Source: a virus
IMG/VR virus record: IMGVR_UViG_3300049582_000032
Location: 1 to 64,000 of that record
Length of the DNA stretch: 64,000 nucleotides
Strand: one strand, 5' to 3'
This document shows positions 1-10,532 of this stretch, in pieces. Each line of letters begins with the position of its first letter. The stretch's first letter is position 1. Below the pieces are notes generated by a model, which was given only the letters and a program-made list of their open reading frames with translations, ran no database searches and had not been told where the DNA came from. The position numbers were made by a program, and so were the translations under genes.

Positions 1-417
1 GAGATCGATGAACTCAAGGTCCGCTTGCCAGTATTGCATGAGCCTGTCATCCGCGCCAGCAGACGGCCTTGCGATCCAGGAAAACGTCATTCCATTGGTG
101 TTGTAGTAGGTATCGAGTGTACCGGCCCCCCAATTGCTGGTTTGCAGTCCGCCACCAGTCAGAAACTTGTTGAAGCCGTTATCCGCCAGGATGCCGTTAT
201 GAGCGCCATAGCTTCCAGGAGTTCCGGTCCATTCTCCATAGAGCGCGAGCGTGTTCGGGTCCGCGTTCGTCTTGTCGTCATTCAGCCTGTAGAGAGCGAT
301 AATGTCCGTTTGCGTTGCAGCCCCGACTTCCTCGACCTGCACGAACGTAATGTTTCGCTGTGGGACGGAAGGTGCCGCCGCGACACGCTTGAACCAGAAT
401 GGACTTGTCTTCAGCAT
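1..417 (-). CDS. Partial tail-associated, putative LamG/ConA-like protein (runs off window edge)
   Basis: Not in ORF track. Translated by hand from ATG 417: MLKTSPFWFKRVAAAPS...IIALYRLND..., open to position 1; starts 2 nt after the upstream stop. Confidence 0.65.
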   Translation of the reverse strand, partial: MLKTSPFWFKRVAAAPSVPQRNITFVQVEEVGAATQTDIIALYRLNDDKTNADPNTLALYGEWTGTPGSYGAHNGILADNGFNKFLTGGGLQTSNWGAGTLDTYYNTNGMTFSWIARPSAGADDRLMQYWQADLEFIDL

Positions 418-419
418 GG

Positions 420-2474
420 CTACCCTATCAACACAACGCCAGCGGATTCGACATGATACGGGATTGTTGTGTGTTCGTTCGGGCCGTCCGCGAGTACAAC
501 AGATCCTGTCTCTATGACGTAGTTATCCCCGAAGGAAATCGTTCTCCCCCCAATTGCATCCTGCTTGATCTTCAAGACGCCTTCCTTCCCTGCAACTTGG
601 TTCGTCGGATTGGCAAGAGCGCGGTTGCCTGCAATCGTGACCTTGAAGTTGATACCTGTGTTGAGGTCGATATTGATGACTGCCCCGTCAGTCAGTGTCT
701 GGAATACACTTGCAGCCAAGGCTATGCTCGGAGTGATGTATTTTCCTGTTGCGGTTCCAACCCACACTTCGGAAGCGGTTGCTGCGGCAGGGATGACATT
801 GCTTTGGATTGTCATGCACCTGATGACGCCAAACGCCTGTATTACGTAGGGAACGATGATCCACGAGCCGACAGGAGAAGCTATGGATGGCGTCCCGCCC
901 ATGAAGGAATAGTTCGTATCCCACGTGACGGAGTAGCCGCCAGATCCACCCTGAACAATGATGATCGTGCCGTTTGCGCCTACACGCTGATGAGAAATGT
1001 TCTGTATCGTGACATTCTGCTGAAGGGTAACGATGAAGTTGACGCCAAGATCGAGGTCCGGAAGCACGCTGGATGCATTGGGAAGGCTGTATGGGACGAA
1101 CAACCCTGCCAGGGAAGAGGGACTTACATATTTCGAGACTGCTGCTGCTGACCTGACTTCAGCAACGCTTGCGGCAGGTACGGCCTCACCGCCTCCAGAA
1201 CTCGCGGTTGTATCGACGGAAGTTGCGATGATGTTTCCGGGAGAGCGAACCTCATAGGGAACGATGGTCCATGCGTTCGGCGCGATGGGGATGACCGGAG
1301 TGACACCGCCGACGAACTTGTAGTCCGTATCCCACGTAACGGCATACCCCCCGGTTTCGTTCTGCTGGATGTAGAACCTTCCCTGCTTGCCGCTTCTCTG
1401 TCCGATTGGATTCGATATGTGCCTGTTGGCCCCCAAAGTCAGTGCAAACGTCAGGCCCTGATTGAGGTTTGGAACGATGCTTGCCCCGTCAACAAGGGTG
1501 ACATCCGCCATGGCCTCGAATGCTGAGTACGGAGAGAGAAACTTATCTCTTGCCGTTCCAGACCAGACATCGGATACGGTTGCGGATTCCGGCTCCTTTG
1601 TGAGCCTGACATTGCCGACCCCAATCACACGGTAATGGAAGACGGTTTCCGCGTTTGCTTCCGTGCGAATGGTAGGTGTCAATCCTCCGTCAAACTTCCA
1701 ATCAGAATGCCACGTCAGATCGTGTCCGCCGATTGCATCCTGAATGACGGTGATCTCGCCGTACCGTCCAGGCATCTGGTCTAATGGCGTATCTACGGTC
1801 CTGTCATCTGTGATCGTAACCCGAAAGTTCTTGCCCTCCCCGAAGTCGATGAAGATTGTTTCCTCATCAACGAGATCAACTGGTACTTCCGCCTCGATCA
1901 GAACGGATGGTGAGATGTATTTGAGCGACTCTAGAGCAAGCCACAGTTCCTCGACGGTTGATGCATTGAGCGACAAATCGCCTGTCGCTTCGACCGTACA
2001 GCGAATGACTGTTGGAGCCTGCACGAAGTACCGAACGATAATCCATGCGTGAGCAGCTTGCGGAAGCGTGGGAGGCCCGGAAGTAAATTTGTAGTTGACG
2101 CCCCACTCAAGATCATGTCCGCCGACGCTATCTTGCTGGATTACAAAGATCCCTGACTGCCCGTTCTTTGTGTTGATCGGATTGGATAAAACCCTGTCCT
2201 GGCTGATCGTTAAAAGAAAGTTGATGCCGTAGTCGAAATTAACGGGGATTGTGGCTGTGTCTGTAAGCGTGTAGGCGGCGTGGCCTTCAAAATATACTGA
2301 CGGGGATATGTACTTGTCTGTTGCAGTCCCTGCCCGGAACTCTGAGAAACCGGCAGCTTGGGCGCTTCCGGTTCCACCACCCTCACCCCCAAAGAGCATG
2401 AGGTGCCGAAGCGCCTTCCCAAGGTCGAGAAGTCCGCCTCTTTCGGCTTCCGAGATGTTGTTGAGAATTTCCAT
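420..2474 (-). CDS. Tail fibre-related protein with five tandem ~125-aa beta-rich repeats
   Basis: Five copies of KYISPS...TLxD...G.NF..T....R...NP....G..G...I.QD..GG....W...YKF; the same domain occurs in the C-terminal part of 14532..19403. Confidence 0.8.
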   Translation of the reverse strand: MEILNNISEAERGGLLDLGKALRHLMLFGGEGGGTGSAQAAGFSEFRAGTATDKYISPSVYFEGHAAYTLTDTATIPVNFDYGINFLLTISQDRVLSNPINTKNGQSGIFVIQQDSVGGHDLEWGVNYKFTSGPPTLPQAAHAWIIVRYFVQAPTVIRCTVEATGDLSLNASTVEELWLALESLKYISPSVLIEAEVPVDLVDEETIFIDFGEGKNFRVTITDDRTVDTPLDQMPGRYGEITVIQDAIGGHDLTWHSDWKFDGGLTPTIRTEANAETVFHYRVIGVGNVRLTKEPESATVSDVWSGTARDKFLSPYSAFEAMADVTLVDGASIVPNLNQGLTFALTLGANRHISNPIGQRSGKQGRFYIQQNETGGYAVTWDTDYKFVGGVTPVIPIAPNAWTIVPYEVRSPGNIIATSVDTTASSGGGEAVPAASVAEVRSAAAVSKYVSPSSLAGLFVPYSLPNASSVLPDLDLGVNFIVTLQQNVTIQNISHQRVGANGTIIIVQGGSGGYSVTWDTNYSFMGGTPSIASPVGSWIIVPYVIQAFGVIRCMTIQSNVIPAAATASEVWVGTATGKYITPSIALAASVFQTLTDGAVINIDLNTGINFKVTIAGNRALANPTNQVAGKEGVLKIKQDAIGGRTISFGDNYVIETGSVVLADGPNEHTTIPYHVESAGVVLIG

Positions 2475-2483
2475 TTCTCTACC

Positions 2484-4886
2484 TCACGGGAGCGCCGTTG
2501 GTGTCCAGGAAGTTGCAACCCATGAACCGCTACCATTGATCGACATTTTGTAGTGCTGATGCGCCGAGCCACCAGAAGCCAGCATCGTTATGCTTGCCGC
2601 TTCAGATGCACTTGACCCCTTGATGATGTTGATACCCTCAGTTGCCGTGGAAGTCCTCCTGACTCCAGCATGGAAGTCGTTCGGTGCGCATCCAGTGATG
2701 TGAACATTCGATACTTTATTGTAGTGTAACCACTCGGTATGGGCGCTATTGACATTCAGATTACAACCAAAGAATGTTACATTTCCGCACTGATCCAATA
2801 GCACTGGCGATGTACCATAAGTCATAAAAGAAGATCCGCTAATGTGCACGTTCCCCACGTTTCTGTTGTTTACGGAATCTCCAAGAATTATTGGACGTGG
2901 ACCGTCTTCTGTATAGAGACCGTTGATGGATATCGTATTTCCACTCAGTATAGCGACTTGTGCCGTATCATGCCCCTGGATAACACAATCATTTATGTGA
3001 ATGCCTATACCGCACTCAGCCCCTGTATCGCTATCGCAGAGAATGCCATATTGTGCTCCTGAAGACGTATAGATCCTGTCTATGGTAATGCCATGGTTTC
3101 CAGAATGACTGCTTGGTCTTCCTAGATGTATATGAGCCCTTCCGGTAGCACCATAGAATCTGCAAAGGCTAATCCTGCTTCCCCAGCAGTTTGTCATATA
3201 AATATTGTCTAAAGTAACAGCGCTTGTAAACTGCACGTTTTCTATGAGAGCTTCTGTAACAGCAGCAAGGTATATGCTATATGGAGCGCCGTTTGCCCCA
3301 AAACACAAGTCTCTGACTGACACTCTGGATTTTGCGCCACTGGCTGGAGAGTCATTGACCTTGAGAGCGGGTACAGCCGTATTGGACGCCCAAATAACGC
3401 TTTGGCCTGAACCTAAACCAGCGCCACGGAGAGTCTGTTCATTCTCAAGATAGAGCGTGTTCGCGCAGATATACCGGCCCTGGTTTATCAGAATCGTGCC
3501 TGATGAAGAGGCAGCATTGATCGCATTCTGCACCATCTGCCGCTCATCACCGGCAAACAAACCTTTTGCGCCAAACCACCTGACGTTCATTTCCTTCGTT
3601 TCAACTTGTCTTAGCCACATGCCGACAGAAGGAGTCGTTGGTGCTATCTTGGTCCCGCTATCATCGAATTTAGCGAATGTCAGGTTGAGCGTGCATCCCG
3701 TACCTGCAATGCAAGTCGTTGCGGCTGGCGTAGTCGGATCTACCGTGTAGTTTCCCTTGTCAATAAGGATAATGGACGTAACCGCGCCGTCAGTAACAGC
3801 AGTGATCAATGCCCTGGCGTTGCGTGATCCTACCGCCGTTCCACCGCTGACCCTCAAGAGCGTATTGGCTGAGTATCCGGTTCCTCCAGTGGCTATCGTG
3901 GCCGTGTTAACCATTCTGGTCTGTGCAACGGCTGCATCGAACCAGAAGACGCCGCCGCCCGTATCACCTTCTGTCGTATGCCCTTTCACATAAACGACAT
4001 CGTTGTCGGCAGGGGCAGTGATGGCCCGCAATGCCGCCAGATTGGCGACAGGGAGAAGTCCAGTTCCCTCAATAACCGTTCCGCCGCCTCCAGCAGGATC
4101 GGCCTTCCACCCGCGAGCACCTGTTGCGTCGGTTCCGTAGACCTTGTTCGCCCCTGGACTTTCAACATCGCCTACAAGAGCAAGCTGTCTTGAAGTTGAG
4201 AGATCCCCACCACCCGAGATAGAGCTTGTTCCTGTGATCGTGATCGCCTTGGCCGCATAAACCGTATCGTGGTTATGCACCGCCGTTGCGAAACTGGACG
4301 GTCCATACGTGCTGTTGTTGAGTTCGCCGCCAGCCGTGAGAACAGGAAAGTTTCCGACAGTTGGGGACGTTACGACGCTGATATAGAATGCGTCATGGTT
4401 GTGGCTGATCGGTGAATAGAGTTCGTCATGGTAGTGGACCGCCATTGCATACCGGGCATCGTGGTTATGCGTAATGGCGGAATACGCTTCATCATGGTTG
4501 TGGTTCAGTGGGGCGTAGGTATTGCCGTGGGTATGTGCGGCCTCTGCGAAATCATCAAGAGGAACGAGCGTGAATAGACCGTCTTCCTGCTGATGGAGCA
4601 CGCCTTCCGATGGAGACAGGAGCGATATTGCCGTGAGAACAGTGGAGACAGGTTGCCATTCGCCGGCTGATCCAGTGACGGTTCCATTTACCCACTTCTG
4701 TTCCGTAGCATTCCACTGAAGAACCTGACCGTCTTGCAGGGTTGTAATGCTGACATCTCTTTGTCCGCTGATCGTGGCCATCTCAGAGCGTGTAAGAACG
4801 TCGTCAATGGCATTTCCGATCTCTGAGGGGACACCTCTGCGCGCTTCGTTAATGCGCTGCCGGATCGTCTGGAAAACCGATGTCAT
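2484..4886 (-). CDS. Tailspike / depolymerase with pectate-lyase-like beta-helix and His-rich shaft
   Basis: NVRWFGAKG...QNAINAA...GRY beta-helix entry motif; HxH repeats. Start moved to MTSVFQ (ATG 4886) because the longer ORF overlaps a terminator hairpin. Confidence 0.8.
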   Translation of the reverse strand: MTSVFQTIRQRINEARRGVPSEIGNAIDDVLTRSEMATISGQRDVSITTLQDGQVLQWNATEQKWVNGTVTGSAGEWQPVSTVLTAISLLSPSEGVLHQQEDGLFTLVPLDDFAEAAHTHGNTYAPLNHNHDEAYSAITHNHDARYAMAVHYHDELYSPISHNHDAFYISVVTSPTVGNFPVLTAGGELNNSTYGPSSFATAVHNHDTVYAAKAITITGTSSISGGGDLSTSRQLALVGDVESPGANKVYGTDATGARGWKADPAGGGGTVIEGTGLLPVANLAALRAITAPADNDVVYVKGHTTEGDTGGGVFWFDAAVAQTRMVNTATIATGGTGYSANTLLRVSGGTAVGSRNARALITAVTDGAVTSIILIDKGNYTVDPTTPAATTCIAGTGCTLNLTFAKFDDSGTKIAPTTPSVGMWLRQVETKEMNVRWFGAKGLFAGDERQMVQNAINAASSSGTILINQGRYICANTLYLENEQTLRGAGLGSGQSVIWASNTAVPALKVNDSPASGAKSRVSVRDLCFGANGAPYSIYLAAVTEALIENVQFTSAVTLDNIYMTNCWGSRISLCRFYGATGRAHIHLGRPSSHSGNHGITIDRIYTSSGAQYGILCDSDTGAECGIGIHINDCVIQGHDTAQVAILSGNTISINGLYTEDGPRPIILGDSVNNRNVGNVHISGSSFMTYGTSPVLLDQCGNVTFFGCNLNVNSAHTEWLHYNKVSNVHITGCAPNDFHAGVRRTSTATEGINIIKGSSASEAASITMLASGGSAHQHYKMSINGSGSWVATSWTPTALP

Positions 4887-4914
4887 AGACCCTACACCAA
4901 TATGAAGAGAGTGC

Positions 4915-4940
4915 CCCTGCCCCCTTTGGAGAGGGCAGGG
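4915..4940 (-). terminator. Hairpin after the capsid operon
   Basis: CCCTGCCC...GGGCAGGG inverted repeat just downstream of the 4952 stop; weak U tract. Confidence 0.55.
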
Positions 4941-4951
4941 ATAATCTTCAC

Positions 4952-5569
4952 CTAGACAACAAGCGTTCCCCTGGAGGCTTCCCAATACCAGATATCTCCC
5001 GCCGTAGAGAGCGTGTCTGTAATGGTGAAACCTTCAGAGTTAGCTCCATCGCTTCCGCTGTATGGCTGAATGCCGTTCGCGGGCGTGACAAAGGTAACGC
5101 TGGACTCAGTCGCGATAGCGGCACCGGCAAGAGCATAGTTGCCCTTTTCCGTCTGTGCGGTCACGGTCGCGGCATTTGCCAATGAGATACCACCACCACC
5201 GTGAACGGTACTACCGCTAGCAAGGAGATCGACGTTCTCAGAAGTAAACGCTCCTGTCTGGTTCCAGTCCTGCCAGAAGAAGAACCCAGCAGCGTCACCA
5301 CCAGCCCATGAACCGGAAGTCACGGCAACACGCCTGACCTCCGCACGAACCAGTTTTGACGTTGCTCCCTGGATTACATCGCCAGGCTTGATCTCGGTTG
5401 TGCCTCCGGAAGTGAAGGCGCAGACTTTCAGCCTAAGCCAGACGTTGATGGCGGGAACGGTGCCATTCACCTTATAGAGCTTCACGACATCCGGAATGAA
5501 GCCAACTTGAATATTGTCGGCGCTACCAGAAGCAACGTGAAGGCCAGTTGCAACAGCTTGTACGGTCAT
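4952..5569 (-). CDS. Putative capsid decoration / virion structural protein
   Basis: Directly downstream of the major capsid gene; Gly/Thr/Ala-rich beta composition. Confidence 0.6.
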   Translation of the reverse strand: MTVQAVATGLHVASGSADNIQVGFIPDVVKLYKVNGTVPAINVWLRLKVCAFTSGGTTEIKPGDVIQGATSKLVRAEVRRVAVTSGSWAGGDAAGFFFWQDWNQTGAFTSENVDLLASGSTVHGGGGISLANAATVTAQTEKGNYALAGAAIATESSVTFVTPANGIQPYSGSDGANSEGFTITDTLSTAGDIWYWEASRGTLVV

Positions 5570-5584
5570 CTACTTGATCCTTCC

Positions 5585-6583
5585 TTAGATACCTGTCGCC
5601 GCTACTTCGAGGCGAGCCATCCAAAGCTGGTTCAAGATGGCCGTGGTGTGCCATGTTTTCCAACCGACATATCCGCGCTGTCCCAGCGGATCATCCTTGG
5701 TGCGCTGACCAGGGGGGATGATCGTTGGGTTGACGGCTCCCTCGCCTCTCAAGGCTACGGTTCCGAATGCATCCCGGCCAAAGAAGAGAACCGGGTAGAC
5801 ATCGGCATTGGTGCCAGAGGTGGACACCATACCGTTGATGAGCCCGCCACCATCCGCCCACTTGGAGAAGTCGGCGCTCAGGATAAACCGGACACTCTCG
5901 ACGGTGCCAAGTTCCATCTCATGAACGGTTGCACGGGTGCCGTATGCCGCAACAGGCTGGAACCCAGCGAGATTGCGGATATCTGGCTCAAGATCGGTAT
6001 GACAGACCGCGACGTAGCCTGCTTCCACCCACCGCGTTGCAAACCTGACGCTGGAATCAAGAATGCGGTTGATCGGCTCTGCCTTCTGCGCCTTCAGGAA
6101 CTTGACGACAGCCCTGATCTTGTTGAGCGTAATCGCGGTGTTTACATCGGTCCTGGCAGCGCCATTGTTATAAAAGACGCTCGTTCCGGCAATCAGTACG
6201 CCGAAAGTAAGGGCCTCAATGGTCCTGCCGATGTTCTCTCCGGCAGCCGCAGCCATGTCGTTGAGAACGGGGTCTTCGTGGGTGTCCTCAATGACATCGG
6301 TGATCTCTGCAACCATTCCGTATTGTTTGAGAATGGCAGAAACGTCATCGTAGCGGAACTGCGTTGCATTCGGGGTTACGCCTTCCTGCAACGGAGCCTT
6401 GACAGCGCCAAACGTCCTTGGACGACGCCAGCGGATTTGCTGGGATTTGTTCTTAGGCATCGGGGTTTGACGCCCGAGCTTGTCAAGAACGATATGCGGT
6501 GTTGCGTGCCGCAGCATTTCTACGGCGGCGTAAGCCTCAGTTCGGGGGCTTACTCCCGGATCTGAATAGCGGGTAATAGCCAC
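5585..6583 (-). CDS. Major capsid protein, N4-gp56 family
   Basis: MPKNKS..I.WRR, LQEGVTP, LKQYG, DPLGQRGYVGWK, ILNQLWMARLEVAA motifs. Confidence 0.92.
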   Translation of the reverse strand: MAITRYSDPGVSPRTEAYAAVEMLRHATPHIVLDKLGRQTPMPKNKSQQIRWRRPRTFGAVKAPLQEGVTPNATQFRYDDVSAILKQYGMVAEITDVIEDTHEDPVLNDMAAAAGENIGRTIEALTFGVLIAGTSVFYNNGAARTDVNTAITLNKIRAVVKFLKAQKAEPINRILDSSVRFATRWVEAGYVAVCHTDLEPDIRNLAGFQPVAAYGTRATVHEMELGTVESVRFILSADFSKWADGGGLINGMVSTSGTNADVYPVLFFGRDAFGTVALRGEGAVNPTIIPPGQRTKDDPLGQRGYVGWKTWHTTAILNQLWMARLEVAATGI

Positions 6584-6604
6584 GGGTTATGCCTTTCATG
6601 ACAT

Positions 6605-7702
6605 TCACCGCGCTTGTGCTTTGTCAGCAAAGTAGTCAAAAGCAAAGGTATCCGGGTCCGGGAGATCATCAGACCTGCCGACCGAACCGGGGGCTGACCG
6701 TGGGGCTATTGTGGCCGCACTTTTTAGCTGTACTTTCTGTTTCGGCGTAAGCTCGCGCGGTTGAGGTTTCGGTTTGTCTCCACTGCCGTTTGGTTTCGGC
6801 TTGTCCTCCTTGGACGCGGAGACGGATTCTGATTTCCTAGATTTGCGGGAACGATTGGCCTCAAATGCCGTGATGAGATCGAAAACTTCGTCAGCATCGA
6901 CAACATTATCCTTGTTGCGCTCCCATATCGCCTGCCTGTGCTTGCTGGACTGTGAGAACTCAAAGAAGTCATCATAGTTCTGAGCAACATATTGCAGCCA
7001 AGCCGGGTCGCTACCCGGTTCGCTGGAATCTTCTGCCCATTCCCTGTACATGCCTTCAAGTTTCACTGCCTCTCTCTGCTGATGCGTGAGATTGGCGTTG
7101 TCCTGCAATGAGCGGGCTTGATTCTCTATCTGTTGAATCCGGGAATGCATTGCCTCGAATAAGCGGCGCATGGCGGCTTTCTGAGGACCAGCAACATCGG
7201 CTCCAAAGTCTTCCTCGAACTTCTTCCAGTCCGGGGTATCGAAGATAGAAGCGACAGGATCTGCGGCCTCCGTCTCCTTATCATTGGCTGGCCCGCTTTC
7301 CTGCGAGGCGAGCTTCTGACTTAACTCATCAACTTTTTTCTGTAAATGCGCAACTCGGCCCCTATGTGATCGGGCCTCGTGCTCGTATTTCTCTGCCTTT
7401 TCCGCCTGCACTTTCAGGCTCTCGATCTCAGCCTTTAATGCGGCTGGAACGCCTTCATATGGATCGGCGGGCTCTTCTGTCGGCTCCTCTACCTCTGCCT
7501 CGCCTTCTTCCGGTTCCGGCTCGTCTTCCTCTGCTTGCTCCTCTGGCTCAGTGGCTGGCTCTATCTCTTTCTTCGAGACTTCTTCCTTTGCCTGGACAGA
7601 CTCTTTTGCAGTCGGCTTCTTGCCCTCCAATGCATCGGCGGCTTCACGCCAAAGATCGGATGCGTCGTCTACCTCTGTCTCAACTTGCTCGGTATCAGCC
7701 AT
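6605..7702 (-). CDS. Capsid scaffolding protein
   Basis: Acidic coiled-coil protein between portal and major capsid genes. Confidence 0.7.
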   Translation of the reverse strand: MADTEQVETEVDDASDLWREAADALEGKKPTAKESVQAKEEVSKKEIEPATEPEEQAEEDEPEPEEGEAEVEEPTEEPADPYEGVPAALKAEIESLKVQAEKAEKYEHEARSHRGRVAHLQKKVDELSQKLASQESGPANDKETEAADPVASIFDTPDWKKFEEDFGADVAGPQKAAMRRLFEAMHSRIQQIENQARSLQDNANLTHQQREAVKLEGMYREWAEDSSEPGSDPAWLQYVAQNYDDFFEFSQSSKHRQAIWERNKDNVVDADEVFDLITAFEANRSRKSRKSESVSASKEDKPKPNGSGDKPKPQPRELTPKQKVQLKSAATIAPRSAPGSVGRSDDLPDPDTFAFDYFADKAQAR

Positions 7703-7899
7703 CAGAGCATGGTCCCTGTTTCATAAGCTCTCCGGGCGTCCTCCTCAATCCTTCGGCACATCCTGATATCGCCGCGAATGAGGTTTGTGTCATCAGCAGA
7801 CAATCCAGGGGCCTCCAAACGTAGATGTAACTCTTCTACCATTTTTTGTGTGTACTTCACAAGCCAATTATACCCTTCCTGGTGCAGCCTAAAGCCCAC
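7702..7899 (-). CDS. Small head-module protein
   Basis: Overlap-coupled to portal and scaffold genes; ..TNLIRGDIR.. motif typical of post-portal genes. Confidence 0.65.
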   Translation of the reverse strand: MGFRLHQEGYNWLVKYTQKMVEELHLRLEAPGLSADDTNLIRGDIRMCRRIEEDARRAYETGTML

Positions 7900-10160
7900 T
7901 ACACATACCCGCCTGTTCTCTGTCCAATCTTCTCGGCCATGCCGATATCAGCGGCCATCTTACGCTCGCTGGACTCCAGTTCACGATCCTTGATGATGCG
8001 CTTCGTCTCGTTGTTGTCGAGGTTCTTGTTGGCGGCTGTTTCCTGCCTGAGAATCTCGATTTCATACTGCCTGTCGATGTCGTACTTGCGCGATTCTGCG
8101 TTGATAGTCGCCTGATCGACAGCAGCTTTGTAGTTCATCTCAGCAATCTGGAGCTTGATCTGTTCCGGACTTGGCTCTTCCGGCTGATTCTGTGCAGCAG
8201 CGGCAAGATCGGCAGCCATTTGCTCATCGGATTTGATGACCTCGTGTTGCGGCAGCATCATTGCTTGCGCCACCATCCTGGCCATCGGCATGACCTTCAG
8301 CGCTGGCCCGAGAATTGGGTGTGAAGCAAACTGCACGAGCATGGCCATCAATGTCGGGGCCTGCAACTCACGCAAGAGGAAAGTCGATACCCCCCTTGCC
8401 CGAATACGCATATCCCCTTTGATATGCTCCTTATCCGAGAACTGCATGTTCCAATTGAACAAGCGCTGCATGTTCGGCACGGTCACGTTATCATCGAAAT
8501 GCTTGACCAGAGCACGAAACGGAATCTTGACCTCATTGTTGAAGATCGAAACGCCCATGGCTGTCTGCATCGGCACAACGCCTGGATCTGCTTCCGCGAT
8601 TGTCGGAACACCGATTTCTCTGTCAATCGCCTGCAACGTCATCACGATAATGCGCTCAAGCTCTGCCTGACGGATATCGAAATGATACGTCTCGAACACC
8701 TTCTCTCCGGGTGCCGTTCCTGACTTCTTGATCCACGTTTTGCCAGGGTAAACCGTTGGATCTCCATCAGCCGGTTCTACAATAGAGGGGTTGTGGACGA
8801 TCTGTGGCAACGTCGCCAGATTAGCGTTATCGACCATCATTCTCCAGGCGGCGCACAGAACCGTTTGGGAATTTGCCATGAGGTGGGGAACGCCAAACCC
8901 AAAAATACTGTGATCGTCGCGCTTGTAATTGAAAACAGAATAGATGCACTCGCCGCTATCTAGCGGATTAACGCCGAACTTAAGAAGCGTCCCCTGGCAG
9001 AACCATACAGTAACATTGATTTCCTGAAGAGGATCAATCTCGCCTACATACGCCTTTAGATCATCGTCTTCTATATACGAGGCTATGTAGTCCATATCCT
9101 CCATTTCAATCGGACCATGATACTCCCATACATGGTATCGATCATTCATCGTGCCGAGATTGCCGTCATCCGCGATGCTACGCAATTCTGACACATAATG
9201 TGGGGCTGTCCCGCGAGGCTTCTCCTTCAAGAGCTTTCTGATATTCGGGAGTATGAACCCAGGAACGTTAGCAAGTTTTCTCAATCCGGATTTTGTAAGA
9301 AGATGCCGCTCAAAGAAGCTTTCCGACTCTGAGAGACACGTTGCATCCATGTCCGGAAACCAGTTCCATGGATCAACACGAAAAAACGCGGGCCTTGGCT
9401 CCGATATCTCCATCATCTCGTGGACGACAAAGCCGGATTGCTCGTCTGTTCGCTTGCTCCAGGACTTCTTTTTCTCCGTTGCCAGGACCGGACCCTTCAT
9501 AATGCCTGTTCCAAGCTTGCAGGCATCGTGAATCATGAGCTTACATTGATAGTTGTAATAGCATTCCTGGAGTTGGTCATCCATCTCGTTCTGCATGGCG
9601 TCAGCACGTCTTCTGGCCTCATCCATGACAGCTTGTGTTTCCGTTGCGCGCTGGAGAGCAAGTCTTTGTGCTTCCATGGCTTCCGCCGCTTCTGGCGTTC
9701 CTTCCGGCAATTGCAATAGCTGCTGCTGATTTTCCGATGCAAACCGCGCCCAAGCCATTGCCTCATCGCTGAGTTCCGGCACAGACGTAGGCGCTATGGA
9801 AAAGTTACGATCATCGACAGGAAACTCGATATCGACAATCCTGTCTTCCATTGCGGAAGTCTTTCGGCCAGTCTCATTCATAAAAACGACAGACCGATGA
9901 ATATTACTGAAGGATTTGATGTCTTTCTCTTCAGATTCCAGGTATCGCCCGTGATACTGGAAAGATTCCTTCACCCACCTTTGCTCTACGGTTCTTCGCA
10001 ATCCGATGCGTCTATCAGCCTCCCGCTCAAGTGTTGCCAACAGGGAATCGATCTTGACTTGGATTTCGCCAGCGGAGACGAGAACGCTGGAGTCATCCGT
10101 CCGTTCCTTGTTGAACCCGCCAGTGCCGGGAGATGTAGAAGGGGCAATAGGGAAAGCCAA
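7899..10160 (-). CDS. Portal protein (P22/podovirus-type)
   Basis: 753 aa; IHDACKLGTGIMKGP, RVDPWNWFPD, VWEYHG, SIFGFGVP, AWRMMVDNA; C-terminal coiled-coil barrel. Confidence 0.88.
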   Translation of the reverse strand: MAFPIAPSTSPGTGGFNKERTDDSSVLVSAGEIQVKIDSLLATLEREADRRIGLRRTVEQRWVKESFQYHGRYLESEEKDIKSFSNIHRSVVFMNETGRKTSAMEDRIVDIEFPVDDRNFSIAPTSVPELSDEAMAWARFASENQQQLLQLPEGTPEAAEAMEAQRLALQRATETQAVMDEARRRADAMQNEMDDQLQECYYNYQCKLMIHDACKLGTGIMKGPVLATEKKKSWSKRTDEQSGFVVHEMMEISEPRPAFFRVDPWNWFPDMDATCLSESESFFERHLLTKSGLRKLANVPGFILPNIRKLLKEKPRGTAPHYVSELRSIADDGNLGTMNDRYHVWEYHGPIEMEDMDYIASYIEDDDLKAYVGEIDPLQEINVTVWFCQGTLLKFGVNPLDSGECIYSVFNYKRDDHSIFGFGVPHLMANSQTVLCAAWRMMVDNANLATLPQIVHNPSIVEPADGDPTVYPGKTWIKKSGTAPGEKVFETYHFDIRQAELERIIVMTLQAIDREIGVPTIAEADPGVVPMQTAMGVSIFNNEVKIPFRALVKHFDDNVTVPNMQRLFNWNMQFSDKEHIKGDMRIRARGVSTFLLRELQAPTLMAMLVQFASHPILGPALKVMPMARMVAQAMMLPQHEVIKSDEQMAADLAAAAQNQPEEPSPEQIKLQIAEMNYKAAVDQATINAESRKYDIDRQYEIEILRQETAANKNLDNNETKRIIKDRELESSERKMAADIGMAEKIGQRTGGYV

Positions 10161-10229
10161 AGCTTTAAATCCTCAGTCTTTCACTGTAGAATATGCGCTC
10201 GCCATTCATCAGGCAAGGGAATAATCGAA

Positions 10230-10532
10230 GTGAGCAGAATCTACAAGTTCCTGGACGGGGTTACGGCTGACACAACCGGGGCCGCGCTCACCGTGGATAC
10301 GGATATGTATGACGAACTTGTGATGCAGATCGACATCACAACCGCCGCAAGCGTTGTTATTGAGGGCAGGATCGAAGGCATAACAGGGTGGGGCGTAATC
10401 AGTGATGGGACCATAACTACGGATAAAATCTTCCGCGTCAAGACGATGCCGGAAATGAGAGCCGTCGCCACGGGAGTCAACGGCGCGCTAAAGGTCTACG
10501 GTGTCGGCTCCATCGCCAAGGTATTCCAGTAG
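10230..10532 (+). CDS. Small beta-sandwich virion-type protein
   Basis: GTG start after AAGGGA; the upstream part of the track ORF is antisense to the portal. Confidence 0.6.
   Translation: MSRIYKFLDGVTADTTGAALTVDTDMYDELVMQIDITTAASVVIEGRIEGITGWGVISDGTITTDKIFRVKTMPEMRAVATGVNGALKVYGVGSIAKVFQ

Noticed and set aside
5507-6565. 352-aa plus-strand ORF
   Set aside because: Antisense shadow of the major capsid gene.
5585-6583. Classification as a true N4-like (Schitoviridae) phage
   Set aside because: Only the capsid type matches; no virion RNA polymerase in the window, and the portal/terminase are P22-type.
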